Below, one piece after another: positions 44,451 to 56,371 of a stretch of DNA of 64,000 nt. A model generated the notes under the pieces. It searched no databases, was not told the DNA's origin, and saw only the letters and a program-made list of their open reading frames with translations. Source of the stretch: Candidatus Altimarinota bacterium (GTDB lineage: Bacteria > Patescibacteriota > Gracilibacteria > BD1-5 > UBA2023). Positions within the stretch are counted from its first letter, which is position 1. Every line of letters starts with the position of its first letter. The position numbers and the translations under genes were made by a program. The stretch is from the NCBI GenBank assembly GCA_043770315.1, contig JAYVIJ010000040.1, positions 2,872 to 66,871 of the forward strand. The letters run 5' to 3'.

Positions 44451-46346
44451 ATGATACTCGCATCTCAGATCCGTTCACAGTATCTCGAATTTTTCAAGAG
44501 CAAAAATCATGCTATCATTCCATCAGCACCACTTGTGCCAGAGAATGATCCATCTGTGCTCTTCAACACTGCGGGGATGCAACCTCTCGTCCCATATCTC
44601 CTCGGTGAGCCACATCCACTCGGGAAGAGGCTCGCTGATGTACAGAAGTGTGTCCGTACTGGGGATATCGATGATGTCGGTGATGATACGCACCTTACAT
44701 TTTTCGAGATGCTCGGAAACTGGTCACTTGGTGACTACTTTAAACGTGAATCCATTGAAATGAGTTGGGAATTCCTCACTTCGAAATCTTGGCTTGCCCT
44801 CGATCCTGAGATGCTAAGTGTGACAGTATTTGCCGGAGATGAGAATGCACCGCTCGATACAGAATCCATAGAAATCTGGAAGAATGTTTGGATGGCGAAT
44901 GGTCTCGATTTTGGAGATGAGCGCATTGCTCGACTTCCTGCTGAAGATAACTGGTGGGCAGCAGGTCCTACAGGTCCATGTGGACCTGATACTGAGATAT
45001 TCTACTGGATGGGAGAGGGGAAGCCACCGAAGTGATCGAATAAATGAACCGACTCAAAAATGTGGATGGAAATCTGGAACAATGTCTTCATGCAGTATAA
45101 TCGTCTCGATGCAGCTACTCTAGAAAATCTCCCAGCACAGTGTGTCGATACTGGTATGGGTATAGAAAGGTGTACTGTAACACTCAATGGTATGAAGAGT
45201 GTTTATGAGACTGATTGTTTCGCTTCAGTACTCTTGAAAATCCGTGAAATCGTAGGAGAATCGAACTATGGTGAACGCTCTGCTCGTATCATCGCAGACC
45301 ATATCCGTACTGCGACACATATGATCTCTGATGGTGTCACTCCAAAAAATGTGGATCAAGGATATATCCTTCGTCGTCTCATCCGTCGTGCTATCCGTGA
45401 GGCATACAAGATGGGATATGAGAAGCCGTTCGCGAGTGAAATCGCGAGTATATATATCGAACAATTTTCAGGAATCTATACGAGCGTGAAAGACAATGCA
45501 GAGAAGATAAAAAATGAACTCAATATTGAAGAGGGAAAATTCGCAAAGACTCTCAAGAATGGAATTAAGGAATTTGAAAAACAATTTCCAGATTTTCTTA
45601 TGAAGAATGGTATTACGGTTGACGGAAGAATGGTAGACCCATCTCAATACCAAATTCATTCAGCAACTGTTTTTAGTGAATTAGTTGGTGAAATGCTTGG
45701 TTTTGAGCTCTTTCAAACATTTGGATTTCCAGGTGAAATGACACTAGAAATTATTACAGATTGGATTGAATGAAAGAGTATTAAGTTTAATAAGGCTGAT
45801 TTTCTGGTTGGATTTAATAGGAAATTTAAAGAGCACCAGGAGCTCTCTCGTACGGCTGCAGCAGGGAAGTTCAAGTGAGGACTTGCTGATGATGGAGCAG
45901 AGACCACGGCCCTCCACTCAGCGTGTCACCTGATGCTTGAGTGACTTCGTCAGATCCTCGGAACCCATGTCCACCAAGCAGGGTCCAATATCACGGCCGA
46001 ACGTCTTCGATTTGACTTCACACATCCTGAGAAGATGACCCCTGAGCAGATCGCGAAGGTAGAGGAGTTCGTAAACAAAGGTATATCTTCAGATCTCACC
46101 GTGACGATCTCGAATATGGATAAAAAAGAAGCACAAGAAGCATGAGTATCTGGATCGTTCTGGGAGAAATATCCTGATATCGTGAAGGTGTACTCTATGG
46201 TCGGTGCTGATGGTGTCGTCTACTCTCGTGAGCTCTGTGGTGGTCCTCATGTCGAGACATCTAAGGATATGGGGAAGTTCAAGATTGTGAAAGAAGAGTC
46301 GAGTAGTGCGGGCGTGAGACGTATTAAGGCAGTGTTGGATAAGTAG
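44451..46346 (+). CDS. alaS: Alanine--tRNA ligase, compact form (631 aa)
   Basis: One frame joins 44451..45035 and 45060..45773 and extends to TAG 46344-46346. Motifs: [57 protein letters not shown], then the editing-domain metal ligands [10 protein letters not shown] and ELCGGPHV and ..AGVRRIKAV at the very C-terminus. Confidence 0.92.
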
Positions 46347-46374
46347 TATTTCCATTTAAACTATTATTATTTCA

Positions 46375-47130
46375 ATGAATACACTCAGGAATATAATATT
46401 GTGAAGTATACTATGATTCACAATATGATTTGCTTGAATTATACCATTCGCTTATGGAATTGCGCATTGAGCAGAGTGATTCTTACTCATTCCCTTTTTT
46501 ACTAGCCTCATATGAGGGAGTGCTTGATTTTTTTCTCATTCAAGCCATCGATGATTACGAGCTATATGAATTATTTTGAGTGTAGTTGTATCGTTTAGCT
46601 TTATTTCGATAATATATTTATTTGTCGTGAAGCCAAAAATTGTAGCTTCGCAAATTACTTCATATATAAAAAGAATTCAGCCAGATTCTTTTGAATATCT
46701 ACCAGTTCTCTACGAAGGGAAGAATATCGGAATCAATATAAGGGCAAGATTTTCTATGAATCCTGATCTTAAAGATATTACCCCACATTCTTCAGGATTT
46801 CCAGTTTTGCCATATATTTCATATAATTTATATTGATACCCTAGGCTAGAATTAATCCAAGATGGGGAAATTTTTACTTTATCTTGAGTTGTATTAATCC
46901 CTCCTATTGTTATTGATAATAATCAAAATTACTGCTTATCCCAATATAGTAATATTTCAACATGATCATATCAAAAATGAATGCTTACGTGAAATCTAAT
47001 ATATCCATATTTTGAGTGAGCATGTTTACGTGGATGAGATTGTTTTACGAGGTATGAGATTCCAAAAACCGATATTACTCTCGATTTTGACCCGATAGTC
47101 TTTATGAATTTATCTAAATGTAACTTCTAA
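46375..47130 (+). CDS. Hypothetical membrane protein (251 aa, 17 in-frame TGA by my count)
   Basis: The frame containing track ORF 46576..46836 is free of TAA/TAG from ATG 46375 to TAA 47128-47130. The N-terminal Gly-rich helices (IL-G-SIL-G-FTI-G-FA-G-IIPFAYGIAH-G-AE-G-FLLIPFF) look like genuine TM segments once TGA=Gly. Confidence 0.6.
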
Positions 47131-47137
47131 TTTCTCT

Positions 47138-47389
47138 ATGCAAACCCCTAATTCTTGATCTCACTGGCGACACTATAAATCTACTGGATGAGATAATCAT
47201 TCTTATGAAGTCATCGGCATTGCTCGACACTCCGAAACACACGAAGATATGGTGGTATATCGACCACTCTATACTCCTGAAGAGTGAAATTGGGTCTATT
47301 GATATGATTTTGCTGTTCGTCCACTCTCACTTTGGTATGATATCGTCGAATACAAAGGAAAACAGGTTCAGAGATTTACCCAGATATAA
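47138..47389 (+). CDS. DUF1653 family protein
   Basis: HWRHYKSTG-G-DNHSYEVIGIARHSETHEDMVVYRPLY....VRPLSLWYDIVEYKGKQVQRFTQI matches the DUF1653 pattern I recall (YRHYKG..Y.V...A.HSET.E..VVY). Confidence 0.75.
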
Positions 47390-47391
47390 TT

Positions 47392-48027
47392 ATGTACTAC
47401 TTATCATCCATTCCTGAAAATATCACTCCGAGTACGAAATGTATCATTATGCTCCATGGTGTATGATCGAATGAGCAAGATCTTTTTGCTCTCTCTGAGC
47501 GATTCTCAGAAGATACTCTGATTCTATCACTTCAGTGACCATTCTCTCTCGGGTGAGGAAGGTATGCATGGTATAAGGTCGATTTCTCTACAGGGAAGCC
47601 AATATATGCTCCTCAAGATGTAGAACTTTGATATGATGAGATACTTTCATGTATCCAAGAAGTCAGAGATAAGTATGATATAAAGAGTGAAAATATCTTT
47701 CTTATGGGATTCAGTCAAGGGGCCATCATGTCGTACTATACTCTCTGGAAAAATCCAGAGACAATATGAGGGATTATCGCTCTTTCTGGGAGATTACTTA
47801 ACGAGATTGATGTAAGCCATATTCAAGAAGAGAAATACGTAGGAAAACGAGTATTTATCGGACATGGTGAACTCGATAGCGTGATACCATTCTCTGCAAG
47901 TGAGACGACTCAGGAGTTTATAAAAAAACTTGGTATCATCCCAGATTTCCACTCATATCCTACTTCACATACGATCATAGAGAGAGAAATATGAGATATT
48001 ATCAATTTTTTGATAACTATTAAGTAA
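47392..48027 (+). CDS. Phospholipase/carboxylesterase family serine hydrolase
   Basis: IIMLHGV-G-SNEQDL, the nucleophile elbow FLMGFSQGA, and FIGHGELDSVIP...H. There are six in-frame TGAs and the stop is TAA 48025-48027. Confidence 0.8.
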
Positions 48028-48209
48028 TATAAGAACAATAAATGAAAGAAATCTTTCCTATTTTCGTTTATCTCAAATTGTATTTACTTTCAGTATAAGA
48101 TGAGTTATTTGCATATTTTAATGTTCTCTCTAGTATTTTTAGCCCCAAATTGATTTTTATATTATTTTGTTCATCCTTCATAGAACAGATATTCATTTTG
48201 CATAGCTCT

Positions 48210-48878
48210 TTATTCTAAAATATATCATTCATTATAAATAGTCTTGAGTTTTAAGCCATTACCAATTTTCTTACGTAATTTTGAGAGGGTTACATTGATA
48301 GTATTATCAGATACTTCGCTAAATTTAGTTCATCACCATACAGAGCCAATTATATCTTCTCGACGTATAATCTGTCATTTCATCTTCAAGAGAGTTTCGA
48401 GCATCAAAGACTCTTTATGAGTGAGATAGATTTTATTATGTCATACTTTTGTTTCTCCTTTTCCAGGATGATGAGTTATCATTTCATAGATGAGTGCAGC
48501 AGAATGGGGTATAATATTTTTTGGGCGTCTCATAAGTGCCTTTACACGAGCGATAAGCTCATCAGGAATGAGGGGCTTCTTCATATAGTCATCGGCACCA
48601 ATATTAAGCCCATGTATAACGGTATTGCTATCACCATGTCATGAAATAATCATAATCGGTGATGAGCAGTTTGCATTTATACGGAGCCACTGGATGATAT
48701 CAAATCCACTTCCATCTCCCAAAGAAATATCTATCAAATAGAGATGTGAACGAGCATCACCATTTTGGAAAAAGTCCTTATAACCAAGAAATGTACTGAC
48801 AGCATATCATTCAAATTCCAATTTTTTTCGGATCCTTTGCACAAGAATTCTCTCATTATCAATAATGGATATATGCAT
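48210..48878 (-). CDS. OmpR/PhoB-type response regulator (REC plus winged-helix)
   Basis: MHISIIDNE...[15 protein letters not shown] (phospho-acceptor Asp context), [17 protein letters not shown], then a winged helix ..[13 protein letters not shown].., [15 protein letters not shown]. It is 669 nt, in frame, with seven TGAs. Confidence 0.85.
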
Positions 48879-49068
48879 AAACGAGATATTATTAATATAA
48901 TAGTCGAGATATATTTTTCATATTCCTTTATTTCCAAGATTTACCCATTATAAATTTTAATTTTTTTAAAGCAAAAAAATCCTTTAAAACTTACATATTT
49001 TTGGTATGAAAATTAATAATTCATTAATATTTATTGTAAATAAATGATTCAAGGGTTATCTCTTAAAT

Positions 49069-49182
49069 ATGTATAGTCAAAGACGAGAAATTGCGAATCA
49101 AAAAGAAAAAATTACACTATGTGTCACTCGTACCGAAGTTGCTCGTATTATCTATAAGACTTTTCTTTGAGGACAAAGATAA
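49069..49182 (+). CDS. Possible 37-codon small ORF upstream of pepF
   Basis: ATG 49069, one TGA, TAA 49180-49182 (MYSQRREIANQKEKITLCVTRTEVARIIYKTFL-G-GQR), followed directly by a hairpin plus T-run. It is very short and may be non-coding. Confidence 0.2.
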
Positions 49183-49191
49183 TTTCCTCTG

Positions 49192-49221
49192 AAAAATCCC
49201 TTCCAAAAGAGGGGATTTTTT
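49192..49221 (+). terminator. Hairpin plus T-run 40 nt upstream of pepF (terminator or attenuator)
   Basis: aaaaatccc-ttccaaaagag-gggattttt t. Confidence 0.5.
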
Positions 49222-49260
49222 GTATACTGAGATCGATTCACATTATAACATATTTTTTTC

Positions 49261-51045
49261 ATGTCTTATACTACTTCTTGGAACCTTGCATGATATTTTT
49301 ATACTGGACTTGATGATCCGAAGTTTCTTGCTGATATTGCGAATATCATGCCACTTACAGAAACATTCTCGAATAAGTATTCAGAGACATTTGGGAAATT
49401 CACGCAACCTGAAGAAATCCTCGAATTCTATGCTGACTATACTGAGCTTTCTCATAAGATGGCTTCACCGAGCTATTTTCTCTTCTATAAGAGCTCTCTT
49501 GATACCCAAGATCTCGAAGTTACGAAAAAGATGGGAGAAGTCGACTACATCTACAATGAAGCATCCAATCTCATGCTCTTCGTTGCCCAAGGATGGAAGG
49601 AGATCGGATATGACCGTATCATGGAGTGGTCTCGAGACCCGAAACTTGCTCGATTCCGTAATGATCTGGTCTCGACCGCAGATGGTATCAAGTATATCCT
49701 CAGTGAGAAAGAAGAAAAAATCCTCAATATCAAATCACGACCACTTGGTCTTGCAGGATCCCTCCATGATGAGCTTACGGGATCATATGAATTCATGATG
49801 AATATCCGATCAGAAGAAAAAATATTTACAGAGGAGGAAGTGAGAAGCTATCGTCAGCATATAGATAGGAGTATACGGAGGGAAGCATATACTTCACTGC
49901 GCAGAGTATACAATAGTAAGCAAAACCAGATAGCGCTTGGGAATATCTATACTTCTATCGTGAAGGATTGGACGAGTGAGATCAAGATGCGAGGATATAC
50001 AGAGAATGTCATGGCTCAAAGAAACCTCTCAGAGGAGATGGATGATGTAGTCGTAGATATGCTTCTCTCGGAAGTCGAGAAAGCTTATCCGATCTATGCT
50101 CGATATCTGAAAGCAAAATCCAAGATGCTCTGACTAGAATCAGACTTTTCTGTATGGGATACAGGTGCTCCGATAGGTCACTCTGATAAAGACTTCACCT
50201 TCGATGAAGCGTATGATCTCCACCTTTCGGTGATGAAAGATTTCGATATTGACTTCTATGACTATTCTCTGCGGATGATCGAAGAGGAGCGTATCGATGT
50301 ATTTCCAAAAGCGGGGAAGCGAGGATGAGCGTTCGCGAGCTACCGTAAGGGAGAAGAGAGCTTCGTCCTCCTGAATTTCACTGGTAAGCTCCGTGATGTA
50401 TCGACCATCTCCCACGAGCTCGGACATGCCATCCATGGTCATCTTTCTCAGGTTCAGGAAGCTCCTGTATATGACTCACCGCTTTCTATGGCGGAGACTG
50501 CGAGTATCTTCTCAGAGATGCTCCTCGGTGAGAAAGTGAAGTCTCTCGTATCGAAAGAAGAGTACAAGGACTATCTCAATGAACGCCTCGGAGATATATT
50601 CGCGACGATCTTCCGTCAGGTACAATATGTCGCTTTCGAGCGAAGTGTCCATGCTACCATCCACTCTGGACAAGAGATGACGTATAAGGATCTCAATACT
50701 CTCTGGCGCGCTGAACAAGTGAAGCTCTATGGAGGCGCAGTCGCCTTCGATGTATCTGGAGAAGAAGAATCCGGATGGTCGATGATCCCTCATATCTACC
50801 ACTCGCCATTCTACTGCTATGCCTATGCCTTCGGGAATCTCCTCACCTTTGCTCTCTATCATAAGGTACATGTAGAGAAGTCTCTCTCAATCGAAGATTA
50901 TAAGGATATCCTTCGTGCCTGAGGCTCTGAGCGTCCACGAGATCTCCTCGGTCGCTATGGTATCGATATCGCTTCCCCAGAGTTCTATCGTGCAGGACTT
51001 GCAGAAGTGGAGCATATGGTTGAGGAGTTTGAGGGACTAATATAG
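49261..51045 (+). CDS. pepF: Oligoendopeptidase F (M3B zinc metallopeptidase)
   Basis: One frame joins 49348..50133 and 50488..50922. The zinc motif is TISHELGHAIHG with a downstream ..AETASIFSE. Start is ATG 49261 and stop is TAG 51043-51045. Confidence 0.9.
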
Positions 51046-51054
51046 GATGATCTT

Positions 51055-51744
51055 ATGGAATCATGATTTTATTCATCAGGGAATGAGGAGATATACTTTG
51101 AAAAGATGATATCTCCTGTAAATAAAATTACCACTCTTGTTCTTCATGGTGCATGACAGTCAGATAGTACAAGAACTCTAGCTTTTCGAGAATCGCTTCT
51201 TGAGGAATGAATATCTACTCTTGCAATTGATTTTTCTGGTCATGGAAGAAGTACATATAATACACCATGATCTATACAAAAACGGATTCAAGAAGCACAA
51301 GATGCTATTTGATTACTTGATTCTTCGGATTGAATTACGCTTATAGGACTTAGTATGAGTGGAGAAGTGTGTATTCGACTTACACAAATAGCAAATATTA
51401 GTCATTTAGTTTTATTAGCCCCGGGCATATATCATCATAAAGCAATCAATATTCCTTTTGGTGATGAATTTTCAAGCCTTATACGTCAAAATGAAAGTTG
51501 GAAAGAAACAAAGATTATGGATATACTTATTTGATTTATAGGCCTTATACTTCTCATTACACCCCAAAATGATAGGACTATACCTGAATGAATAAATCAA
51601 ATTATTATGGATTCCGCACCAAATTCTACAAAGAAAAGAATTGTAATAGAATGAGCTCCACATATGATATGAAAATGGATGAATGAAAATCCAAATAGAG
51701 CTAAAATAATTGCAAAACAAGTTAAAGAGTATCTAATTTTGTAA
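51055..51744 (+). CDS. Alpha/beta hydrolase
   Basis: LVLHGA-G-QSDS, DFSGHGRS, the nucleophile elbow LIGLSMSGE, and a late ..-G-APHM. There are ten in-frame TGAs, so it is absent from the standard-code track. Confidence 0.7.
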
Positions 51745-51754
51745 TCTAATTATT

Positions 51755-52552
51755 ATGACTATTCCTCTCAAATATACATTCTCGAATCTCCTGCTAATTC
51801 TTACAGTTCTCCTACTTCCACTTACAGGATTCGCTGCACCTTCGTCACAAGAGGTGAGTACGACACTTGCGAATATCTGAGTCTATCTCAATCATCAGGA
51901 TTTCACGAAAGCGACAGGGCTGAGTGATGGACTCCTCGAAAAAATCTCTCTTGAGAATGCCGCGAAGGATCTCGTCTATGAGGATTTTATCACACTCTTG
52001 CAGACTCTAAAATGGCAAGATGCATCAGAGAAACTTTCGGAGATTATCACTCTTCGAGAACGATATCATCCAGAAGATAGCTCGAAAGCAGCATTTCTTA
52101 CTCGAAAAGATCGGACTCAGTTTTGGAAGACTTGTAATGCTACGGTTTCAAGCCTATTTCTCGATGAGATTGATTTGGTATTTTGTATCGTCGCGAAGAA
52201 GAATATGTCATCTGTCTTAAAAAGAAAGATCTCACGAGATTTTATCAATAAAAATTATCCACTTATCTTGAAAGAAGATGATCTCCAGAAGGCTTCGGAT
52301 CTCGGGAATTTCCTCTCTCATGTTACGTCCATAGATCCTACAAAAAAATCCCTCTATGCTCAGCATCAGAAAAAACTTTGAATGAAGATTATTGCAGCAG
52401 ATCCATATTGGGTGAATGGGTATTTTTTTCTTATTGCGAATTCAAAGTCATCCATAGAAAAAGAGAAGTGGATCGATGCTCTTAGTGATGCTTATATCGG
52501 TGATATGGATCGATGGAAGATGACTATTATTCCATTTATTAGTTCATTTTAA
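51755..52552 (+). CDS. Secreted hypothetical protein (265 aa)
   Basis: Signal peptide MTIPLKYTFSNLLLILTVLLLPLTGFAAPS. The frame includes track ORF 51998..52381. Stop is TAA 52550-52552. Confidence 0.6.
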
Positions 52553-52557
52553 CATAC

Positions 52558-53187
52558 ATGCCTACTCCTCTTAAGTCCCCATACCCAAATGTCCTCCCAT
52601 TCATCCAGAGTATCCCTGCGAAATACTGGAAACAGGGGATCGTGCCTGGTGGTACGATACTCGTGACAGGGAGTCCATCGGTCGAGACAGAGTATCTCTT
52701 CATGATGTCGAGCAGTCCGAATCCAGGGACGGTGAGCTATACAGGAGATAGTCTCTATCCACAGTTCTCTGAGGCTGCTATGGGAGTCCAGTATGCTGGA
52801 CAGTGTGCTGCGTTTGCGAAGGTTGTATCTGACAAGCGATCCCTCCCGACAGATAAGTGGATTCGAGGACAGTCACTTCTGGATTTTTCTCTCTTGATGG
52901 AGAGTCGTCTGCCTTCAGAGCTTCAGTGACTCGTGATCGCTTGCTTCGATGGCAAATCGAGTTATGCACTTGCTGATGCATCTCGTAAGCATGTTGCTAT
53001 TCTCATCGATATCATCCGTGATACTAAAGGAAATCCGAAGAGTATCGTCGTGGTGGATCAGAATTATTATAGTTATGCTCCATATACTCAGTACAAAGGC
53101 AAGATCGCTAAGCATACTATCCCTTGGGGGACAGCCACACAGAAGGGAGTCGGATATGCGAGGAGTTATCACATAGTGAATGTATAA
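52558..53187 (+). CDS. Papain-like (CHAP/BPSL0067-like) cysteine hydrolase domain protein, putative
   Basis: One frame joins 52558..52929 and 52933..53187 through a single TGA. The candidate Cys is in YAGQCAAFAKVV and the candidate His is in RKHVAILIDI, followed by IVVVDQNY. This is pattern-level recognition only. Confidence 0.5.
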
Positions 53188-53192
53188 TTATC

Positions 53193-54059
53193 ATGAAGAC
53201 CCTCTCCCGATCTGACATCCCATGAGATTTCGTCTACTATCGTACAGGATCGAAGGTATTTTATGATTATTATGCCCACTATTCTCAGAAGATGACCGAG
53301 AAGATATGAGTATGATATGAGTTCTTTAAGGCAGGAAAGATATACTGAGAGTTCTATAGTGTCATATTCGAGAAGCTCGATATCGAGCCCACTCGTGCAT
53401 TTCTTGGGAAGTTTGGGATTCGACATGGTGTCGTATTCTGGTGTCCGAGGAGGATACTCGAGAAGCCGAAATGATGGATACGACTTCCTGCATTTATGAC
53501 CAGAAGACTTCTTCATAGTTCTCATAGTGCCTTTTCCATCCTTGATCGAAGTGATTACTGGAATAAATGGTCACCAAATGCTCGTGCTCACAGGAGAAAG
53601 ATCCATGAGTTCATTGATTCAGGGAAGCTCGATATCATCGAGACGAAGGATGGTACACTCTTCCTCGATATCTATCAGAGGACACTCGTCCCTGATCCCA
53701 ATAAAATTCAGCTCCTCGAGTGGCTTTCTCATACTTTCGCCCTCGGTATGGACCACTTACGGATATACATAGCCTCTATCGACTGAGTACCTCTTGCATG
53801 AGCGGTATTCATCGATGAAGGTGTGACAACTGAATACTTCACTTCTTTCTATCATCATGATTCGAAAGCCTATCATCTGGGTATCGCTCTGATGGATCGA
53901 TGGTTTCATGATTCATATGAATTATGAATGAAGTATTGTGATCTTGATCATATGGAAGATGGCTGGCAGTCACGTTCGACTCGTGGATATACGAAGTTCA
54001 AGTCTTCTCTCGCGGATTATGATGTATTTTTTCATGATCTTTGGATAAAAATATTTTAG
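53193..54059 (+). CDS. FemAB-like / Acetyltransf_6-type GNAT family protein
   Basis: The frame includes 53496..53786. Features are WSPNARAHRRKIHEFIDSGKL and a C-terminal ..YHLGIALMDRWFHDSYELGMKYCDLDH....GYTKFKSSLADYD, reminiscent of PF13480 members. Stop is TAG 54057-54059. Confidence 0.5.
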
Positions 54060-54110
54060 AGTGGCATTTTCTTCATTTTTTTTTAATATAGGTGTATATA
54101 AATATTTCTT

Positions 54111-55481
54111 ATGGACTACTCTATCCTCACTCGTTCCTATGATCTCCGTGGCATTTACTGAGTCGATATCGATGATGATTTTTTCTATCGTTTTGGCTTT
54201 GCATTCGCAAAAGTGACGGGTGCGACTCGTATAGCACTCTGATATGATGCTCGCAATTCTTCTTATGCTCTTATGTCGGCATTTATCTCGTGAGTGAATC
54301 GCGCAGGTGCTACTATCATCAATATAGGGAGATGCTCATCTGATATGCTCTCATTTGCGACGTGTCACTATGCGGACATCGAAGCGTGAGTGATGATAAC
54401 CGCGAGTCATAATCCCAAAGAGTATAATGGTATGAAGTCACTCTCTCATACCGGAGAGCCATATAATCTGAAAAAATATGGTCCAGCTATGGTAGAGATC
54501 ATGCAGAACATGTGAGGGAATCCCGATGGAGCCAAGGGTGATACAGAGTATCGAGATGTCCTCGAGGATTGGGTCACACAGATTCTGAAGTTCACTTCTT
54601 CTAGTACGGATTTTTCGAAATATCGTGTCGTTGCTGATGGGGGAAGTGGTGTCGCATGAGTATTCATGTCAGCACTTGCAGAAAGAGCAGGATTCAAGCT
54701 TATGCCACTCTTTCTTGATCCAGATGGGAATTTCCCATTTCATCATCCCAATCCTATGCTCGAGAAAAATCGAGAGGATGCTAAACGTGCAGTTCTCAAA
54801 CAGGGGGCTCAAGTCGCATTTATATTCGATGGTGATGCAGATCGAGTGATCCTTCTCGATGAAACAGGAGAACAAGTGAATTCTGCAGTCATTTCTACGA
54901 TCATTGCTGAGAGTATCCTCTCGAAAGAACCAAAGGCTAAATTTATTGGAAATGCAGTAACTTCACATAACTTCCGTGATTTTGTTGCTCAAAATCATTC
55001 GACCTATATTCGAGAAAAAGTCGGACATGTCTATATTCGTGAGAATATGATGTCTGATCCACTTATTGCCTTTGCTGGAGAACATTCGGCACACTACTTC
55101 TTCCGTGAGAATTATTTTATGGATAGTGGTATCGTCGCAGCGATGGTATTTCTCGATCTTGTGGTTCGATCATGAAAAGAGGTGAGTGAATTTATAAAAA
55201 AATATAAAAAATATATCACTCTTGAGGAAACGAATTTTGAAGTATCTGATCCAAAATGAGCGATCACACAACTTGCAAATATCTATAAAAATGAGAAACA
55301 TGATCTTTTTGATGGGATAACCGTAGAATATGAAGATGGAAGTTGGTGGAATTTTCGTCCGTCTTCGAATGAGCCACTTCTCCGATTCAATATGGAAGCA
55401 AAAACACAAGAGAGATTCGATTTACTCTACAGTGAGATTATAGGATATATTCATACTTTTTGAGAGGCAAGTAGTCATTAG
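54111..55481 (+). CDS. Phosphomannomutase/phosphoglucomutase (alpha-D-phosphohexomutase)
   Basis: SYDLRGIY-G, the active-site loop -G-VMITASHNPKEYNGMK, the metal loop FIFDGDADR, GEHSAHYFF, and RPSSNEPLLRFNME. Stop is TAG 55479-55481. Confidence 0.9.
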
Positions 55482-55565
55482 TTCTAGAGCTTTTATAAGA
55501 TAGTTATTGCTCAAGAAAGAGTATTTCCTCTTCCTTTTTTGGATGAATTATGATATAATATTTCC

Positions 55566-56330
55566 ATGCAGAAAAAAGAGGATCTCATCCAAGAAAATGC
55601 TGAGCTTATAGCCCGAATTGCGCTTGCAGAAAAGTGGATGAGAAGAGAAGTGCAGAGTGCTATATCTTCAGTGCGTCGTGCTGAGATCAAAAAAGATACA
55701 CGTAAGCATTTTGAGAATACTTTTGAGCAAGATGGAGTAGAAATGATCACTCAGAGGATTATAGATACCTTCGGTGATGCACTCAGTCGTGCACCCAAGT
55801 ATACCCTAGAGCGACTGATCGATGCAGAAATATACTGGGAGACTCTTCAGCGATATCCTCATATGGATGCGCTTCCAGTAGTACTTGCATATCAAAAAAT
55901 ACTTGATGCTTGGATCGAGGAATCACTGGTATGACCATGGAGAATCGATGAGTCTCAAAAGTGAAAGTCTAAAAATATTTCTCCTGTTTCGATTTCCTCA
56001 CTCGAAAAGGATATTGAAAATATATCTACCAAAAATTACACACTCTCGATTGGCCGATGGTATCAGATACTTATGATGATGAAAAATAGTGAGCCTTTCC
56101 CTCCCGTGATAGCCATGCTTGTCTGATTCTGGGAAACTCAATATTCTAAACTCCTATCATTGATCACTTCTGATATTTTTATTTCGAAGTTTTCTCTCCT
56201 CATGGATCGAGAGATTTTCTCGAAAAAGCGACACGAAAGAAAAGTCACCTATAGCGATGCAAAGGTGACACGTGAGATATTGATCGGATCAGGGGAATCT
56301 CCATGAATCCTTCAGCAGTTATTTCTTTAG
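55566..56330 (+). CDS. Hypothetical protein (254 aa)
   Basis: Track ORF 55566..55934 extends through four TGAs to TAG 56328-56330 (walked). I recognise no family. Confidence 0.5.
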
Positions 56331-56371
56331 TAAAAAACTTGATTATTTGCTTGATTCGGTATGCTTTCTCT

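Noticed and set aside
47205-47417. 70-aa ORF spanning the DUF1653/esterase junction.
   Set aside because: It is in the wrong frame. The other two plus-strand frames give a recognisable DUF1653 protein and a GFSQG serine hydrolase.
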